This document shows positions 21,476 to 31,220 of a DNA stretch of 64,000 nucleotides, piece by piece (position 1 is the first letter of the stretch; the number at the start of each line of letters is the position of its first letter). A model generated the notes under the pieces. The model saw only the letters and a list, made by a program, of their open reading frames with translations. It was not told where the DNA came from and did no database searches. The stretch covers positions 1,888,001 to 1,952,000 of the forward strand of contig CBDDDZ010000005.1 of the NCBI GenBank assembly GCA_965226795.1. The letters run 5' to 3'. This DNA comes from Candidatus Latescibacterota bacterium. GTDB taxonomy: Bacteria > Latescibacterota > UBA2968 > GCA-2709665. The position numbers and the translations under genes are program-made.

Positions 21476-22681
21476 ATGGAGCACCAACGTTGCACTCCCA
21501 CCGTCACCGTCGGTCACGCCGAAGCCGATATAACCGGACACGACAACAGGGCGCTCCAGGCCGCCGTGGATTATATCGCGGGTCTCGGCGGCGGGACGGT
21601 CGAAATCGGTTCCGGAACCTATACGATGCGGGACTCGCTGCACCTTAAAAACCATGTCACGATCCGAGGGTGCGGGAAAGAGTCCGTTCTTCTGAAAGCG
21701 GATGCCGTTGAAAGCCCGATCACGCTTGATGGCGACTACGGCGAGGAACAGATCACCGTTGCCTGCCCGTCCGGTTTCGCGCCAGGATACGGTGTCAGCG
21801 TCACGGACGACAATTCGGGCGGATTTCACACGGCTGTCTGCACCCTGATATGGGCACACGGCAACACATTCGGCACCAACAAGCCGATGCTCGGCGATTA
21901 TCTCGTTTCACGAAACGCCCGCGCGGCAACCACGTTTCCGGTCATCAGCGGCTATGGCGTCGAGGGCGCGGTAATTGAACATGTGACAATTCAGGGCAAC
22001 AAAGAAAACAACCCCTACCTGAACGGGTGCAGGGGGGGCGGCATCTTCCTGTATCGGAGCCACGGAACACGTATGACCCGCTGCACGGTAGAAGACTTCA
22101 ACGGCGACGGGATCAGCTTCCAGCAAAGCAACGAAGTGTCGGTGGAAGACTGCGCCTGCAACGGGAATACCCACCTGGGCCTTCACCCCGGCAGCGGAAG
22201 CGGGTCGCCCACGATACGAAACTGCCGGGCAGCAGGGAACGGGCGTATCGGCCTATTTCTGTGCTGGCGGGTCAGAAACGGGTGTTTTGAAAACAACGCC
22301 CTCATTGACAACGGCGAGACCGGCATCTCCATCGGCCACAAGGACACGGACAACACCTTCTCCAATAACCGCGCCATCGGAAACGGAAACGAGGGCGTCC
22401 TCTTCCGCGACGAATCCGAAGCCATGGCGGGGCATCGGAATTATTTCGAGAAGAACGAAATACTGGACAACGGAACTGGAGCCGATGGCTGCGGCATCCG
22501 CATCCTGGGAGAAACCCGCGACCTGGCCTTCGTCAACAACCGCATTGGCAATTCGCCAACGGGTCAACAACAAATCGGCATCATCATGGGAAAAAAAGCA
22601 GGCCGCATCGACCATTCGGAGAACGACCTCACCGGCAACCTTTCGCACGAAATCGTCGATCAGCGCGAGGGGCAACCGTGA
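21476..22681 (+). CDS. Right-handed parallel beta-helix repeat protein (pectate-lyase-like)
   Basis: ALQAAVD...GGGTVEIGSGTY N-cap; repeated N/G-rich strands (DFNGDGISFQ, GNGRIGLF, DNGETGISIG, GNGNEGVLF). Confidence 0.85.
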   Translation: MEHQRCTPTVTVGHAEADITGHDNRALQAAVDYIAGLGGGTVEIGSGTYTMRDSLHLKNHVTIRGCGKESVLLKADAVESPITLDGDYGEEQITVACPSGFAPGYGVSVTDDNSGGFHTAVCTLIWAHGNTFGTNKPMLGDYLVSRNARAATTFPVISGYGVEGAVIEHVTIQGNKENNPYLNGCRGGGIFLYRSHGTRMTRCTVEDFNGDGISFQQSNEVSVEDCACNGNTHLGLHPGSGSGSPTIRNCRAAGNGRIGLFLCWRVRNGCFENNALIDNGETGISIGHKDTDNTFSNNRAIGNGNEGVLFRDESEAMAGHRNYFEKNEILDNGTGADGCGIRILGETRDLAFVNNRIGNSPTGQQQIGIIMGKKAGRIDHSENDLTGNLSHEIVDQREGQP

Positions 22682-22918
22682 TCGTCCGCAAGTGTGTCAT
22701 TTAAAATCGACGATCCTACGTAGGGTTTTCATCAAATCCGTAGCATCGCACACACGCAGTTGTGTCTATCCGTTCGCATCACCAGACCGCACAAAGAGCA
22801 TCCCATGCAACCCTGATCTAAACACTATCTTGTCTTAAGCGTCCAGTTCTAAATCGGAGGATCAGTCAAAGACAGAATCGCCTTTGTCCCCATCTGCAAC
22901 ACCGAAAAAGGAATCCAA

Positions 22919-24592
22919 ATGCCTGCAACTATAGATGCAAAAGAACTGCAACTCCTAGCAGTTTTCGATGACAGGTACACATTTAATATACCACCATATC
23001 AGCGTCCCTATGCTTGGACGACCGAGCAAACTGGCGAATTACTCGACGACCTCTTATACGCGATCCGCGGGGTCGAGCGAATGGATGAAACCCCACCGTA
23101 TTTTCTTGGCAGCATCGTCGTTGTAAAGAGAGAGGGATCTGCGGCGGCTGAGGTGGTTGATGGGCAGCAGCGCTTGACGACCCTTACCATGTTATTTTGT
23201 GTGTTGCGTGAACTTGCTGAAGAAAAGGAAAAAGATGAACTGGATGTATTCATCAGGCAGGAAGGAAACACCTATAAAGGCACGGAGCCCGTCTTTCGTA
23301 TTACTCTTCGAGAGCGCGATAGCAAATTTTTCCGAAAAAATGTGCAAGCGGCGGGTGAACTACGGAATTTTGTGGAAAGAGATTCTACAAAATGGCCAGA
23401 CAGTCAGCAGCGGATATTTGAGAACGCGAAGCATCTATGGCAGGAACTCCGAAATCGTACTCGCGAGCAGAGAGACAATCTTGCGATGTTTATCACCCGA
23501 CGGTGCTATCTCGTTATTGTTTCGACATCTGACCAGAGTTCGGCCTATCGTATCTTTTCGGTAATGAATGACAGAGGACTGGACTTGTCCCCAACAGATA
23601 TCTTAAAGGCTGAGATAATTGGGGCCATGGATGACCGAGTCCGTTCGAAATACACTGAAGTCTGGGAGAACATCGAGGACGACATTGGCCGTGACAATTT
23701 CAGAGATCTTTTTACACACATACGGATGATATTTATGAAGGTAAAGGCACGTGGAGAATTAAGCGAGGAGTTTCGTAGTGGTGTATTGAATCACGTGAAG
23801 AACGGGGATTTTATGGACGAAGTGCTCACTCCATATGCCGACGTCTATAAGATAGCAATTGGAATGGATGAAAAAAGTGAGGCCAATGCCAACAAAGTCA
23901 ACCAGTACCTTCAATACCTGGGGCGACTTGACAACTTTGATTGGATTCCACCCGCAATGGCGTTTTTTAACAAGGATCCAAGCGATATTGAAAAACATCA
24001 GTTCGTTCGTGCTTTAGAACGTCTAGCCTATGGGATGTTTATTTTGCGGCTGAATATCAATAAACGCATTAGTAGATATGCGCGGATTCTTGAAGCCATT
24101 GAGGGAGAAGAGGATTTGTTTGTGGAATCGGGGCCGTTCGAGTTTCCCTCCGGTGAAAGGAAGGAGATACTGCGAATATTGGACGGCCCCGTGTTCTCGC
24201 TACCGCGAGTACCCAGACCACTGCTACTTCGGCTCGACAGCCTACTAGCCGACGTCGGTGCAAGGTATGATTACTCGACAATCACTATTGAGCATGTGCT
24301 TCCACAGAATCCGAGCATGGATTCTGAATGGGTTACAGTGTTTCCCGATGAAGAGGAACGGGAGCAATGGACACACCGGCTCGGAAATCTTGTCTTGCTG
24401 TCTCGGCGGAAGAATTCACAGGCACAAAACTACGACTTTGAACGTAAGAAAAGGGACTATTTCCAGACGCGTGTTGCGCCCTTTGCCTTGACCGTAGAGG
24501 TGGTTAGCGAATCGAATTGGACGCCGGCTGTCCTTGAACAGCGTCAGAAAAGGCTTATTGACTTACTGAGAGTTGAATGGCGTCTGGATTGA
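22919..24592 (+). CDS. DUF262-DUF1524 (GmrSD/RloF-like) putative type IV restriction nuclease
   Basis: IPPYQRPYAW, YFLGSIV, VVDGQQRLTTL, FSVMNDRGLDL; C-terminal HNH-like TIEHVLPQ...LGNLVLLSRRKNS; lower GC than flanks. Confidence 0.9.
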   Translation: MPATIDAKELQLLAVFDDRYTFNIPPYQRPYAWTTEQTGELLDDLLYAIRGVERMDETPPYFLGSIVVVKREGSAAAEVVDGQQRLTTLTMLFCVLRELAEEKEKDELDVFIRQEGNTYKGTEPVFRITLRERDSKFFRKNVQAAGELRNFVERDSTKWPDSQQRIFENAKHLWQELRNRTREQRDNLAMFITRRCYLVIVSTSDQSSAYRIFSVMNDRGLDLSPTDILKAEIIGAMDDRVRSKYTEVWENIEDDIGRDNFRDLFTHIRMIFMKVKARGELSEEFRSGVLNHVKNGDFMDEVLTPYADVYKIAIGMDEKSEANANKVNQYLQYLGRLDNFDWIPPAMAFFNKDPSDIEKHQFVRALERLAYGMFILRLNINKRISRYARILEAIEGEEDLFVESGPFEFPSGERKEILRILDGPVFSLPRVPRPLLLRLDSLLADVGARYDYSTITIEHVLPQNPSMDSEWVTVFPDEEEREQWTHRLGNLVLLSRRKNSQAQNYDFERKKRDYFQTRVAPFALTVEVVSESNWTPAVLEQRQKRLIDLLRVEWRLD

Positions 24593-24628
24593 TGTTCTAC
24601 TTCCCAATATTTGCTGAGACAACAGCGT

Positions 24629-24654
24629 CTCCGCCCAGCGGCAATATGGCGCCC
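24629..24654. repeat. Isolated copy of an internal segment of the Ldh_2 gene (21 bp exact, 25/26 overall)
   Basis: CCCAGCGGCAATATGGCGCCC at 24634-24654 equals 34068-34088 and 35937-35957; reads GAILPLGG on the minus strand. Confidence 0.85.
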
Positions 24655-24721
24655 CCATTGCTGCTGTTCGAGCGTCCGTCAAAGTTTCCGTCGGCGTTCC
24701 TTTCCTACATCTTCGCAAACG

Positions 24722-25177
24722 TCATCGCCCTTTGTTTTTCTTTTTTTGATTCAATATAAACTTTCGCGCAATTCGTCTTGTTTTCCACAACTTACCTTTT
24801 AAGAGAGGATCGCTAACGGCAGACAAGAAACAAACCCATTCTGAGGCAAAGGAATCAGCATTTTTGAAACTCCCTTTGATTCTGGACGGACATGGTATTC
24901 CCTGATTCAAACAAAACACCCTTATATATTCTATTCCATTCGCAAATTCATCCTTTATTCTACCACCTCGACAGATCGGATCTTCCTTAAATCCTTCAAT
25001 CAAGCTACGTAGTCTTATCAATAAACTTGGCATTTTATCAGCGATAATATCAAGTTCCCGATAAAGTTGTCGTGACTTCTCCCTATGTTCCTTTATTGCG
25101 CGATAAATAACCAATACAGATACAAAAATGGATAAAAGAACAGATAAAATAGTCAAAATTTTCATATTTATTAGCAT
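24722..25177 (-). CDS. Hypothetical protein with N-terminal TM helix, very low GC
   Basis: 151-aa ORF; its ATG directly abuts the TAG of 26930-28258 once the IS1380 is removed. Confidence 0.6.
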   Translation of the reverse strand: MLINMKILTILSVLLSIFVSVLVIYRAIKEHREKSRQLYRELDIIADKMPSLLIRLRSLIEGFKEDPICRGGRIKDEFANGIEYIRVFCLNQGIPCPSRIKGSFKNADSFASEWVCFLSAVSDPLLKGKLWKTRRIARKFILNQKKKNKGR

Positions 25178-25435
25178 CTAGCCTGACCTATTCATGAATC
25201 GTCACGGAATGCAGTATGAGGAAGCAGAAACAGCATCCGAGTGAAACGAGAACCGGAAGAAGAACGTAGCTGTGACGGATATGGCGTGTCAAAGCCGTTT
25301 GGGAGGCAGGTGCTGGCAGCCCCGTAGCGCCCAGGTGTCAACTTGACGTTCATGTCTGGATCCAAAGCACAAACGTGTGTATGGCCTTTGGTCGTGTCGC
25401 TCCAAACGTGAAGGCGGGGTCAGCACGTCGATGGG

Positions 25436-26833
25436 TTATGGAACGGACGATGCCAGATTGTAAAGGATCTTGCCATAGAGGTGTTTGAGTGGAAATGCCG
25501 TTGGCAGATGGAACGTGATTTTGGTTTTCATCTCACAAACGCGTCCGGCCTGCCTGCCGAGCATCCGGCGCAGGCAGGCGACCTTCAAGAGGCGATTTTG
25601 CAACGTATTATACTGGGCGTTCGTCGACGTGGTGCCGCGCAATCCAATTTCAGCGAAGGTCTGCAACAACACATAGGCGGCGCTGTGGAGAAAGAGCCGG
25701 AAGTGATTGGCTTCAAACGTGTGACAAGAGGTACGATCGGAATGGAGAAAGGTTTTGTGATTCTTAATGAAGTTTTCCATCCTGCCTGCCTGGCCGGCAG
25801 ACAGGCCGCGCGCGCAATAGACGGTTTTGTAGATGAATGAGGGCTGGCTACTGTCCAGGTTGGTGACGACAAAGCGTGCATTTGCTTGCCCCGAAGCGGT
25901 GATCTCGGCTTTGTAGATGATGCGTCTTGGCAATGCCCAGGTATGGGCCTGGTAACCGAAACAGGTAAATAGCTGCACGGGCTGTCCGGTTTCCTGATAC
26001 CGGGCTTTTGCCTGCGCCATCAAGGGGTGTCCCCGTGCTGCAAGCCTCGTATTTCCGGCCTGTCCCAGCGCAAAATACACCTCGTGCTCGTCGCAAAAGT
26101 CGTGGACCTCAGGACAAGAAAAATGGGAATCGCCACGCAAAAAGATGCCCACGTCCGGCCAGGCCTGACGAAGGGTTTTCACAAGTCGTTTGAGAATGCT
26201 GACAATCTGTTTCCCGGAAGGACGCGCACCCGGACGCAGGAGGGTCGTGATCAGTCTTCCTGTCTGGCCTTCATAAATGTGCAAGGGCATGTAACAGCGT
26301 TCATCATAATAGCCATTGAACAACGACAACGGTTGATCGCCGTGAACCTCGTCATCGGTGTCATCGATATCCAGAACGACCGCTTCGGGAGGCGTATCGT
26401 AGGAAGCGATGAACCCGTCCACAAGGGCCTTGGCAATGCGATATAAGTCCCTGCGACGAATTCCGTTTTCCAATCGACTCATCGTCGGTTGACTGGCCAG
26501 ATCCGCACCGGAAAGCGGCAACCGATCACAGGCCGCCTTGAAGCCGGGGTCCTCGCGTAACGTCTTGCAATCGTTCGCGTCCTCATATCCACAGGCCATC
26601 TGAAACACACGTTGTTTGACCAGATCCGTCATCGAATGATGTACGTAACTTTGATGCCGATGATCGGTGAGCGCCGCAACCATCCGATGCAAAATGCCGA
26701 TTTTGGACGCCACCTCTCGAAGCAGCATCACCCCGACGTCGGTCGTCAGCACGCCACCGTCGAAGGTGACTTCTACCGGTTTACCAGAAAGACTTGCGAA
26801 AGACACCCTGTGATGTGTATCTTGATCTCCCAC
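25436..26833 (-). CDS. IS1380 family transposase carrying two apparent short in-frame palindromic insertions
   Basis: FDGGVLTTDVG, GYEDANDC, LASQPTMSRLEN, LDIDDTDD, RGDSHF, YCARG[LSAGQAG]RMENFIK, RTSCHTFEANHFRL; AGGAGG RBS. Confidence 0.92.
   Translation of the reverse strand: MGDQDTHHRVSFASLSGKPVEVTFDGGVLTTDVGVMLLREVASKIGILHRMVAALTDHRHQSYVHHSMTDLVKQRVFQMACGYEDANDCKTLREDPGFKAACDRLPLSGADLASQPTMSRLENGIRRRDLYRIAKALVDGFIASYDTPPEAVVLDIDDTDDEVHGDQPLSLFNGYYDERCYMPLHIYEGQTGRLITTLLRPGARPSGKQIVSILKRLVKTLRQAWPDVGIFLRGDSHFSCPEVHDFCDEHEVYFALGQAGNTRLAARGHPLMAQAKARYQETGQPVQLFTCFGYQAHTWALPRRIIYKAEITASGQANARFVVTNLDSSQPSFIYKTVYCARGLSAGQAGRMENFIKNHKTFLHSDRTSCHTFEANHFRLFLHSAAYVLLQTFAEIGLRGTTSTNAQYNTLQNRLLKVACLRRMLGRQAGRVCEMKTKITFHLPTAFPLKHLYGKILYNLASSVP
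25549..25578. repeat. 30-bp palindromic mini-element CCTGCCTGC-N12-GCAGGCAGG inside the transposase
   Basis: Perfect 9-bp arms; adds 10 codons within LLKVA|GRV. Confidence 0.8.
25785..25805. repeat. 21-bp palindromic mini-element CCTGCCTG-GCCGG-CAGACAGG inside the transposase
   Basis: Same arm sequence as 25549; adds 7 codons within YCARG|RMEN. Confidence 0.8.
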
Positions 26834-26929
26834 GGTAGTTTCCTCCTATGTCATTGTGATACGGTTATTTGCGTAACCATAATATAATGACTTGGGTAAG
26901 GAAACTACCTTTTTTATGAATTATTCAGG

Positions 26930-28258
26930 CTAGTATTCATTTTCGTCCGAGACCTCAGAAACGCGATTCGATACGTTAGAGACGAGCTTGTCCAATAAAG
27001 AAAGCGAGATCGTCCACAATCCAAGCCGAAAGTGTATACCAACTTGAAGGGCGTGTCGTTGTACGTGCATAGCATCGCCGTGCCAAACGACATATGCGTG
27101 CGGCAATGTGATTGCGATCAAGATTATTGGTATCGTCATACTGAAATCGAGAAGACGACGAATCATAACAGCAAATACGATTAATCCAAACAACCATATG
27201 ACCACGATCCGTAAATCGTTCACATAAAAGAACCCGTTGATACACTTCCAGGCAGCCGAAGCGAATCCACCGTGTCTGTCATCGGTATTATCCGCTTCTA
27301 ACAGTAGATGTAGATTCGCAATCGTCTCACAAAGCGTCATTATTGGATGGCTTACAAGAAACCCTATATACGCCTTCTTGCCGTCACGAAATAGCCATAA
27401 TCTGAAGGATTCAAGGGCAGGCTTATAGTAAAAACTCCACAGATCGCTGCTAGCCCATTTGCCAGTCCGCCGCATTAACGCGGGAGTCACCGGCATGCCG
27501 TGTTTCGAAAAATAGCTAAGCTTGGCTTGATCCGTTAAGATACGTTGCGCCATCACATTCAGAAAAGGGAAGACCCAACGGCGTCCGATATCTGACGAAA
27601 CCACACTGAGCGAAAATGACATGAAAAACGAACAACACAGAAATCCCCAGCGTTTCCAATTGAGTTTATTGCTTATTGACAACACGACGATTATTCCAGA
27701 TATGAATGCTAGGACATAAGCATTTGTGTCACGCGAATGTGCCCAAAGAACAGCCAATAATACCGCGACATAGAGATTCCACTTCGACCTGCGATTATGT
27801 ATCGATATACAGCAACCGAGTAGTAATGCTAACAGAGAAACAGAGATTGATTCGCTACCGATCAGAAAATCCCAGCGGGTAATCTGGTGAGTTGACCCAA
27901 TGCCGAGAATGACAGAAAAAGCGCAAAACCGAACCCATTTATTTACTAGCGATCTATCAACAGCCCACGCGAGACAGGTCCAGGAAATGACCGAGAATAG
28001 CACTTGAAAAAACACAACTGTCTGCAAATTCCCATAATGGAAACCCAGTAATTTATAGAACAGCGGAACCGCAAATGGAAGGCTGCCCGCCAAGAATTCA
28101 GGATCTGAAAAAGGAAGCATCGTGAACGAGAAATAATCTAAAGTCTTCAGATCCAGCGAGAGACTCACGTCATGCGCCATGAATGCCCTGAGCGAAACAA
28201 AAAGAGTAACTGGGATCGCATAAAGACCCTTTTTGAGTATAATTCCAAGGCTCGACAT
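26930..28258 (-). CDS. Polytopic membrane protein, GT-C-fold (PMT-like) glycosyltransferase candidate
   Basis: Many TM segments; N-terminal loop DY...PLFYKLLG, IGSESISVSL, RDTN; low GC. Confidence 0.6.
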   Translation of the reverse strand: MSSLGIILKKGLYAIPVTLFVSLRAFMAHDVSLSLDLKTLDYFSFTMLPFSDPEFLAGSLPFAVPLFYKLLGFHYGNLQTVVFFQVLFSVISWTCLAWAVDRSLVNKWVRFCAFSVILGIGSTHQITRWDFLIGSESISVSLLALLLGCCISIHNRRSKWNLYVAVLLAVLWAHSRDTNAYVLAFISGIIVVLSISNKLNWKRWGFLCCSFFMSFSLSVVSSDIGRRWVFPFLNVMAQRILTDQAKLSYFSKHGMPVTPALMRRTGKWASSDLWSFYYKPALESFRLWLFRDGKKAYIGFLVSHPIMTLCETIANLHLLLEADNTDDRHGGFASAAWKCINGFFYVNDLRIVVIWLFGLIVFAVMIRRLLDFSMTIPIILIAITLPHAYVVWHGDAMHVQRHALQVGIHFRLGLWTISLSLLDKLVSNVSNRVSEVSDENEY

Positions 28259-28322
28259 ATTCGCGATGTGACCAGATTATTTGGCAACGATGCGCTGGAA
28301 GCTCAAGAAACCGCAATATGTG

Positions 28323-29114
28323 TCACGCCATGGTCTTTTCGAATGCATGCCGTCTGTGGAGATATAGAATAGCCGCCAGTGATCCTGCGAACAATGCCGC
28401 ACTCACGATCTGCGAGCTATTCAGGACCCATATCACGTCAGAGGTAGAATATTCCGACCGTAAGAACTCAATAAAAAAGCGCGCGACTGCGTAACATAGG
28501 AGCACTGTACCTGCTGTCTGCCCCCCGTATCTTTGCAATTTGCGCAATTTCAATGAAATGACGAAGAGAACGAGAAGCACGCAACACATATATAAGGGAA
28601 GCGGGTGAAGCGGAAATCCCAGAAAGATGTCGGGAACACTGGATCTTGGATTCGTATATACGATTGCAAGCGGCGAAGAAGTGACCTCTCCATAGACGTC
28701 TCCACTCGCTAAACAGGCGAGGCGACCAAGGCCGTGACTAAGCATTCCGGTTGGCACAACGATACCGTCCAGAATCTCGTCTGTCGGCAACGAAAATACC
28801 CTTGAATAACCAATTGAAGCTACAATAGTAAATATCCAACTTCCCAGAGATCCAAACCCGGATTCCCAAAGCTTGAACGCACTTATTGGGTATTCGATAT
28901 AGAATGGCAGATTCTCCAGCACGTTAATCGCCCGACCTCCGAGTCGCGTCGCAATTAGGCAGACTAACAGGAACGGAATTGCGTGCGAATAGACTCCGAA
29001 GAGGTTCTTCCACCTCAAAGCCGCGTAGCTTATCCCGATCGTATAGGCCAATACCGTTATTGCGTTATGCGAGTAAAGCGTAAACGTGTTCGATTCGTAC
29101 AGGATCGGATACAT
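28323..29114 (-). CDS. lgt: Prolipoprotein diacylglyceryl transferase (Lgt) family protein, divergent paralogue
   Basis: MYPIL N-terminus, LGGR, FKLWESG, GLGRLACLASGDVYG, HPLPLY, YAVARFFIEFLR, SQIVS. Confidence 0.82.
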   Translation of the reverse strand: MYPILYESNTFTLYSHNAITVLAYTIGISYAALRWKNLFGVYSHAIPFLLVCLIATRLGGRAINVLENLPFYIEYPISAFKLWESGFGSLGSWIFTIVASIGYSRVFSLPTDEILDGIVVPTGMLSHGLGRLACLASGDVYGEVTSSPLAIVYTNPRSSVPDIFLGFPLHPLPLYMCCVLLVLFVISLKLRKLQRYGGQTAGTVLLCYAVARFFIEFLRSEYSTSDVIWVLNSSQIVSAALFAGSLAAILYLHRRHAFEKTMA

Positions 29115-29194
29115 TCGGCGACCCCAAAATGCGACGGTCGCGCAACACTAGGCATACGCGACCTGAATTATCTCACGTGAATAAAGCTCTGCGT

Positions 29195-29629
29195 TTAATG
29201 CATCAGCAGCATCTTGATTGACTGTTCGAAAGACAACGAAGGAACGCTAAGTACCGCAACATACACCCCACTTGCCGCCGATTCGCCAGCCTCGTCCTTC
29301 CCATCCCAGACCAACTCCCGAGAACCTGAATTTACGTTTTCAGACAATAGTGTCCGGATCAACTGACCCTCTGTACTGAATATGCGCAGAAGGACGTACC
29401 CATCTTTCGGCAATCCAAATCGAATCACTGTACTGGGATTAAACGGATTCGGTGCGTTCTGATTAAAGTAAGGTTCGGTCGGGACGTCGGTGACGCGAAG
29501 GAAGGCGTCTTCTTCAAATAATGACCAGAAGGACCAGCCTTCACTTGCCTTTAACATATCCCGAAACCTCTCCAACTCCGTATCAAATGTGACTTCCTGG
29601 GAAAGTATCTCCAACAACTCGTCACCCTC
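29195..29629 (-). pseudogene. 3' part of the IS3-split protease gene: FlgD-Ig / secretion C-terminal-domain-like
   Basis: QNAPNPFNPSTVIRFGLP...IFSTEGQLIRTL...WDGKDEAGESAASGVY. Confidence 0.82.
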
Positions 29630-29702
29630 TGTGCCTATATTAGTGAGACAGCGTTTCCCCGTAAATCAGTGAGCAATTGAGAGGGCAAAGGAGCATGAGG
29701 CC

Positions 29703-30161
29703 ATGATGGATACAGGAGCAAAGACGTCGTCCCAAAACGGGGCGAAAGCAGCGGGAGTGGAGCCGTCGGTTTCAGCCAGCGCGGATCAAGTGGCGGATCC
29801 TGAGGTGGTGCTGAAGGCGAAGCGACGACGGTTCACCAAGACCTATAAGCTGCGCATTCTGAAGCAGGCTGATGCGTGTACCCAGCCCGGACAGATCGGA
29901 GCCCTCTTGCGCAGTGAAGGGTTGTATTCTTCCAGTCTGGCCCAATGGCGACGGCAGCGGGAAGCCGGGGAATTGGGAACGAAGAAGCGTGGCCGTCCTG
30001 GTGCGGATCCGTCAGAAAGAGAGCCTGCCCGGTTGCGCGTTGAAAATGAGCGGCTTGCCAAAAAGCTGGCGCAAGCCGAAGTCATCATCGACGTCCAAAA
30101 AAAACTTTCGGATCTGCTTGGGCTGGGCAACGACAATACCGAGAAGGCCGACGGCACATGA
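29703..30161 (+). CDS. IS3 OrfA (HTH)
   Basis: KRRRFTKTYKLRIL, GALLRSEGLYSSSLAQWR, IIDVQKK; A8 tract at 30097-30104. Confidence 0.9.
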   Translation: MMDTGAKTSSQNGAKAAGVEPSVSASADQVADPEVVLKAKRRRFTKTYKLRILKQADACTQPGQIGALLRSEGLYSSSLAQWRRQREAGELGTKKRGRPGADPSEREPARLRVENERLAKKLAQAEVIIDVQKKLSDLLGLGNDNTEKADGT

Positions 30162-31180
30162 GACAGACAGCTGAGCATTTGGCCATAGACGTAGGCGTAG
30201 GCCGTGCCTGTCAGGTGTTGGGTGTACCTCGATCCAGTGTTTACCGCCACCGAAGGACACGGCAAGACCCGGGACAAAGCTTGTCCAAAAAGCGACCGAC
30301 GCCGTCACGTGCATTGGAGAAGCGGGAACGCACACAAGTCCTGGACGTGCTCAACAGCGAACGATTTGCGGATGCTGCACCTCGTCAAGTCTATGCACAA
30401 TTGCTCGATGAAGGCATCTACCTGTGCTCCTGGCGCTGTATGTATCGCATCCTCGACGCCCATGACCAGGTGCGCGAACGGCGGGATCAACTCACCCGTC
30501 CGGCCTACAAAAAGCCGGAACTGCTGGCCCAAGGCCCCAATCAGCTGTGGAGTTGGGACATTACCAAGTTGAGAGGTCCGGTCAAATGGACCTACTTCTA
30601 CCTCTATGTGTTGATGGACATCTTCAGCCGATTCGTTGTTGGCTGGATGGTGGCCAGGCAGGAGGCAGCATCGCTGGCAAAAGAGTTGATCCAGCAAAGT
30701 TGTCAAACCCAGGAGATCAATCCCGATACACTGACCATCCATTCAGATCGAGGCGGCCCGATGACGGCCAGAAGCCTGGCGCTTTTACTGTCCGACCTGG
30801 GCGTGACCAAATCTCACGCCAGACCTCACGTGCCTGATGACAACCCGTTTTCAGAAGCACAGTTCAAAACGATGAAGTATCGACCTGATTATCCCGACCG
30901 GTTTGGCTGCCCCGAAGATGTCAGAGGCTGGGCACGCCGCTTCTTTTCGTGGTACAACTTTGAGCATCATCACACGGGTTTGGGATTGATGACCCCTGCA
31001 ACGGTACACTATGGACACGCACCAAAGGTTCACGCACATCGTCAGCGCGTGTTGACAGCGGCCTACGCGGCACATCCGGAACGGTTTGTGAGAGGCCTGC
31101 CCACACCGCCGGACTTACCTGACGCCGTTTGGATCAACAAACCGAAAACCGAGGATCTGTCACCGGACATTCTACTCTAA
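30158..31180 (+). CDS. IS3 OrfB DDE transposase (rve core)
   Basis: PNQLWSWDITKL, MDIFSRFVVGW, IHSDRGGPM, DNPFSEAQFKTMKY; ATGA overlap with orfA. Confidence 0.92.
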   Translation: MRQTAEHLAIDVGVGRACQVLGVPRSSVYRHRRTRQDPGQSLSKKRPTPSRALEKRERTQVLDVLNSERFADAAPRQVYAQLLDEGIYLCSWRCMYRILDAHDQVRERRDQLTRPAYKKPELLAQGPNQLWSWDITKLRGPVKWTYFYLYVLMDIFSRFVVGWMVARQEAASLAKELIQQSCQTQEINPDTLTIHSDRGGPMTARSLALLLSDLGVTKSHARPHVPDDNPFSEAQFKTMKYRPDYPDRFGCPEDVRGWARRFFSWYNFEHHHTGLGLMTPATVHYGHAPKVHAHRQRVLTAAYAAHPERFVRGLPTPPDLPDAVWINKPKTEDLSPDILL

Positions 31181-31220
31181 TTTTTTGGGCTCGCTGTCTC
31201 AAAATACTTGACACATACCG

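Larger units (their letters stand above)
25182..26929 (-). mobile_element. IS1380-family insertion sequence, 1748 bp, TSD CTAG
   Basis: Left end CCTGACCTATTCAT vs reverse complement of right end CCTGAATAATTCAT (11/14); CTAG at 25178-25181 and 26930-26933. Confidence 0.92.
29630..31220 (+). mobile_element. IS3-family insertion sequence (~1.59 kb)
   Basis: Imperfect IRs TGTGCCTATATTAGTGAGACAGCG vs TGTGTCAAGTATTTTGAGACAGCG (17/24); orfA/orfB; no TSD seen; right boundary inferred from in-frame rejoining of the host gene. Confidence 0.85.
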
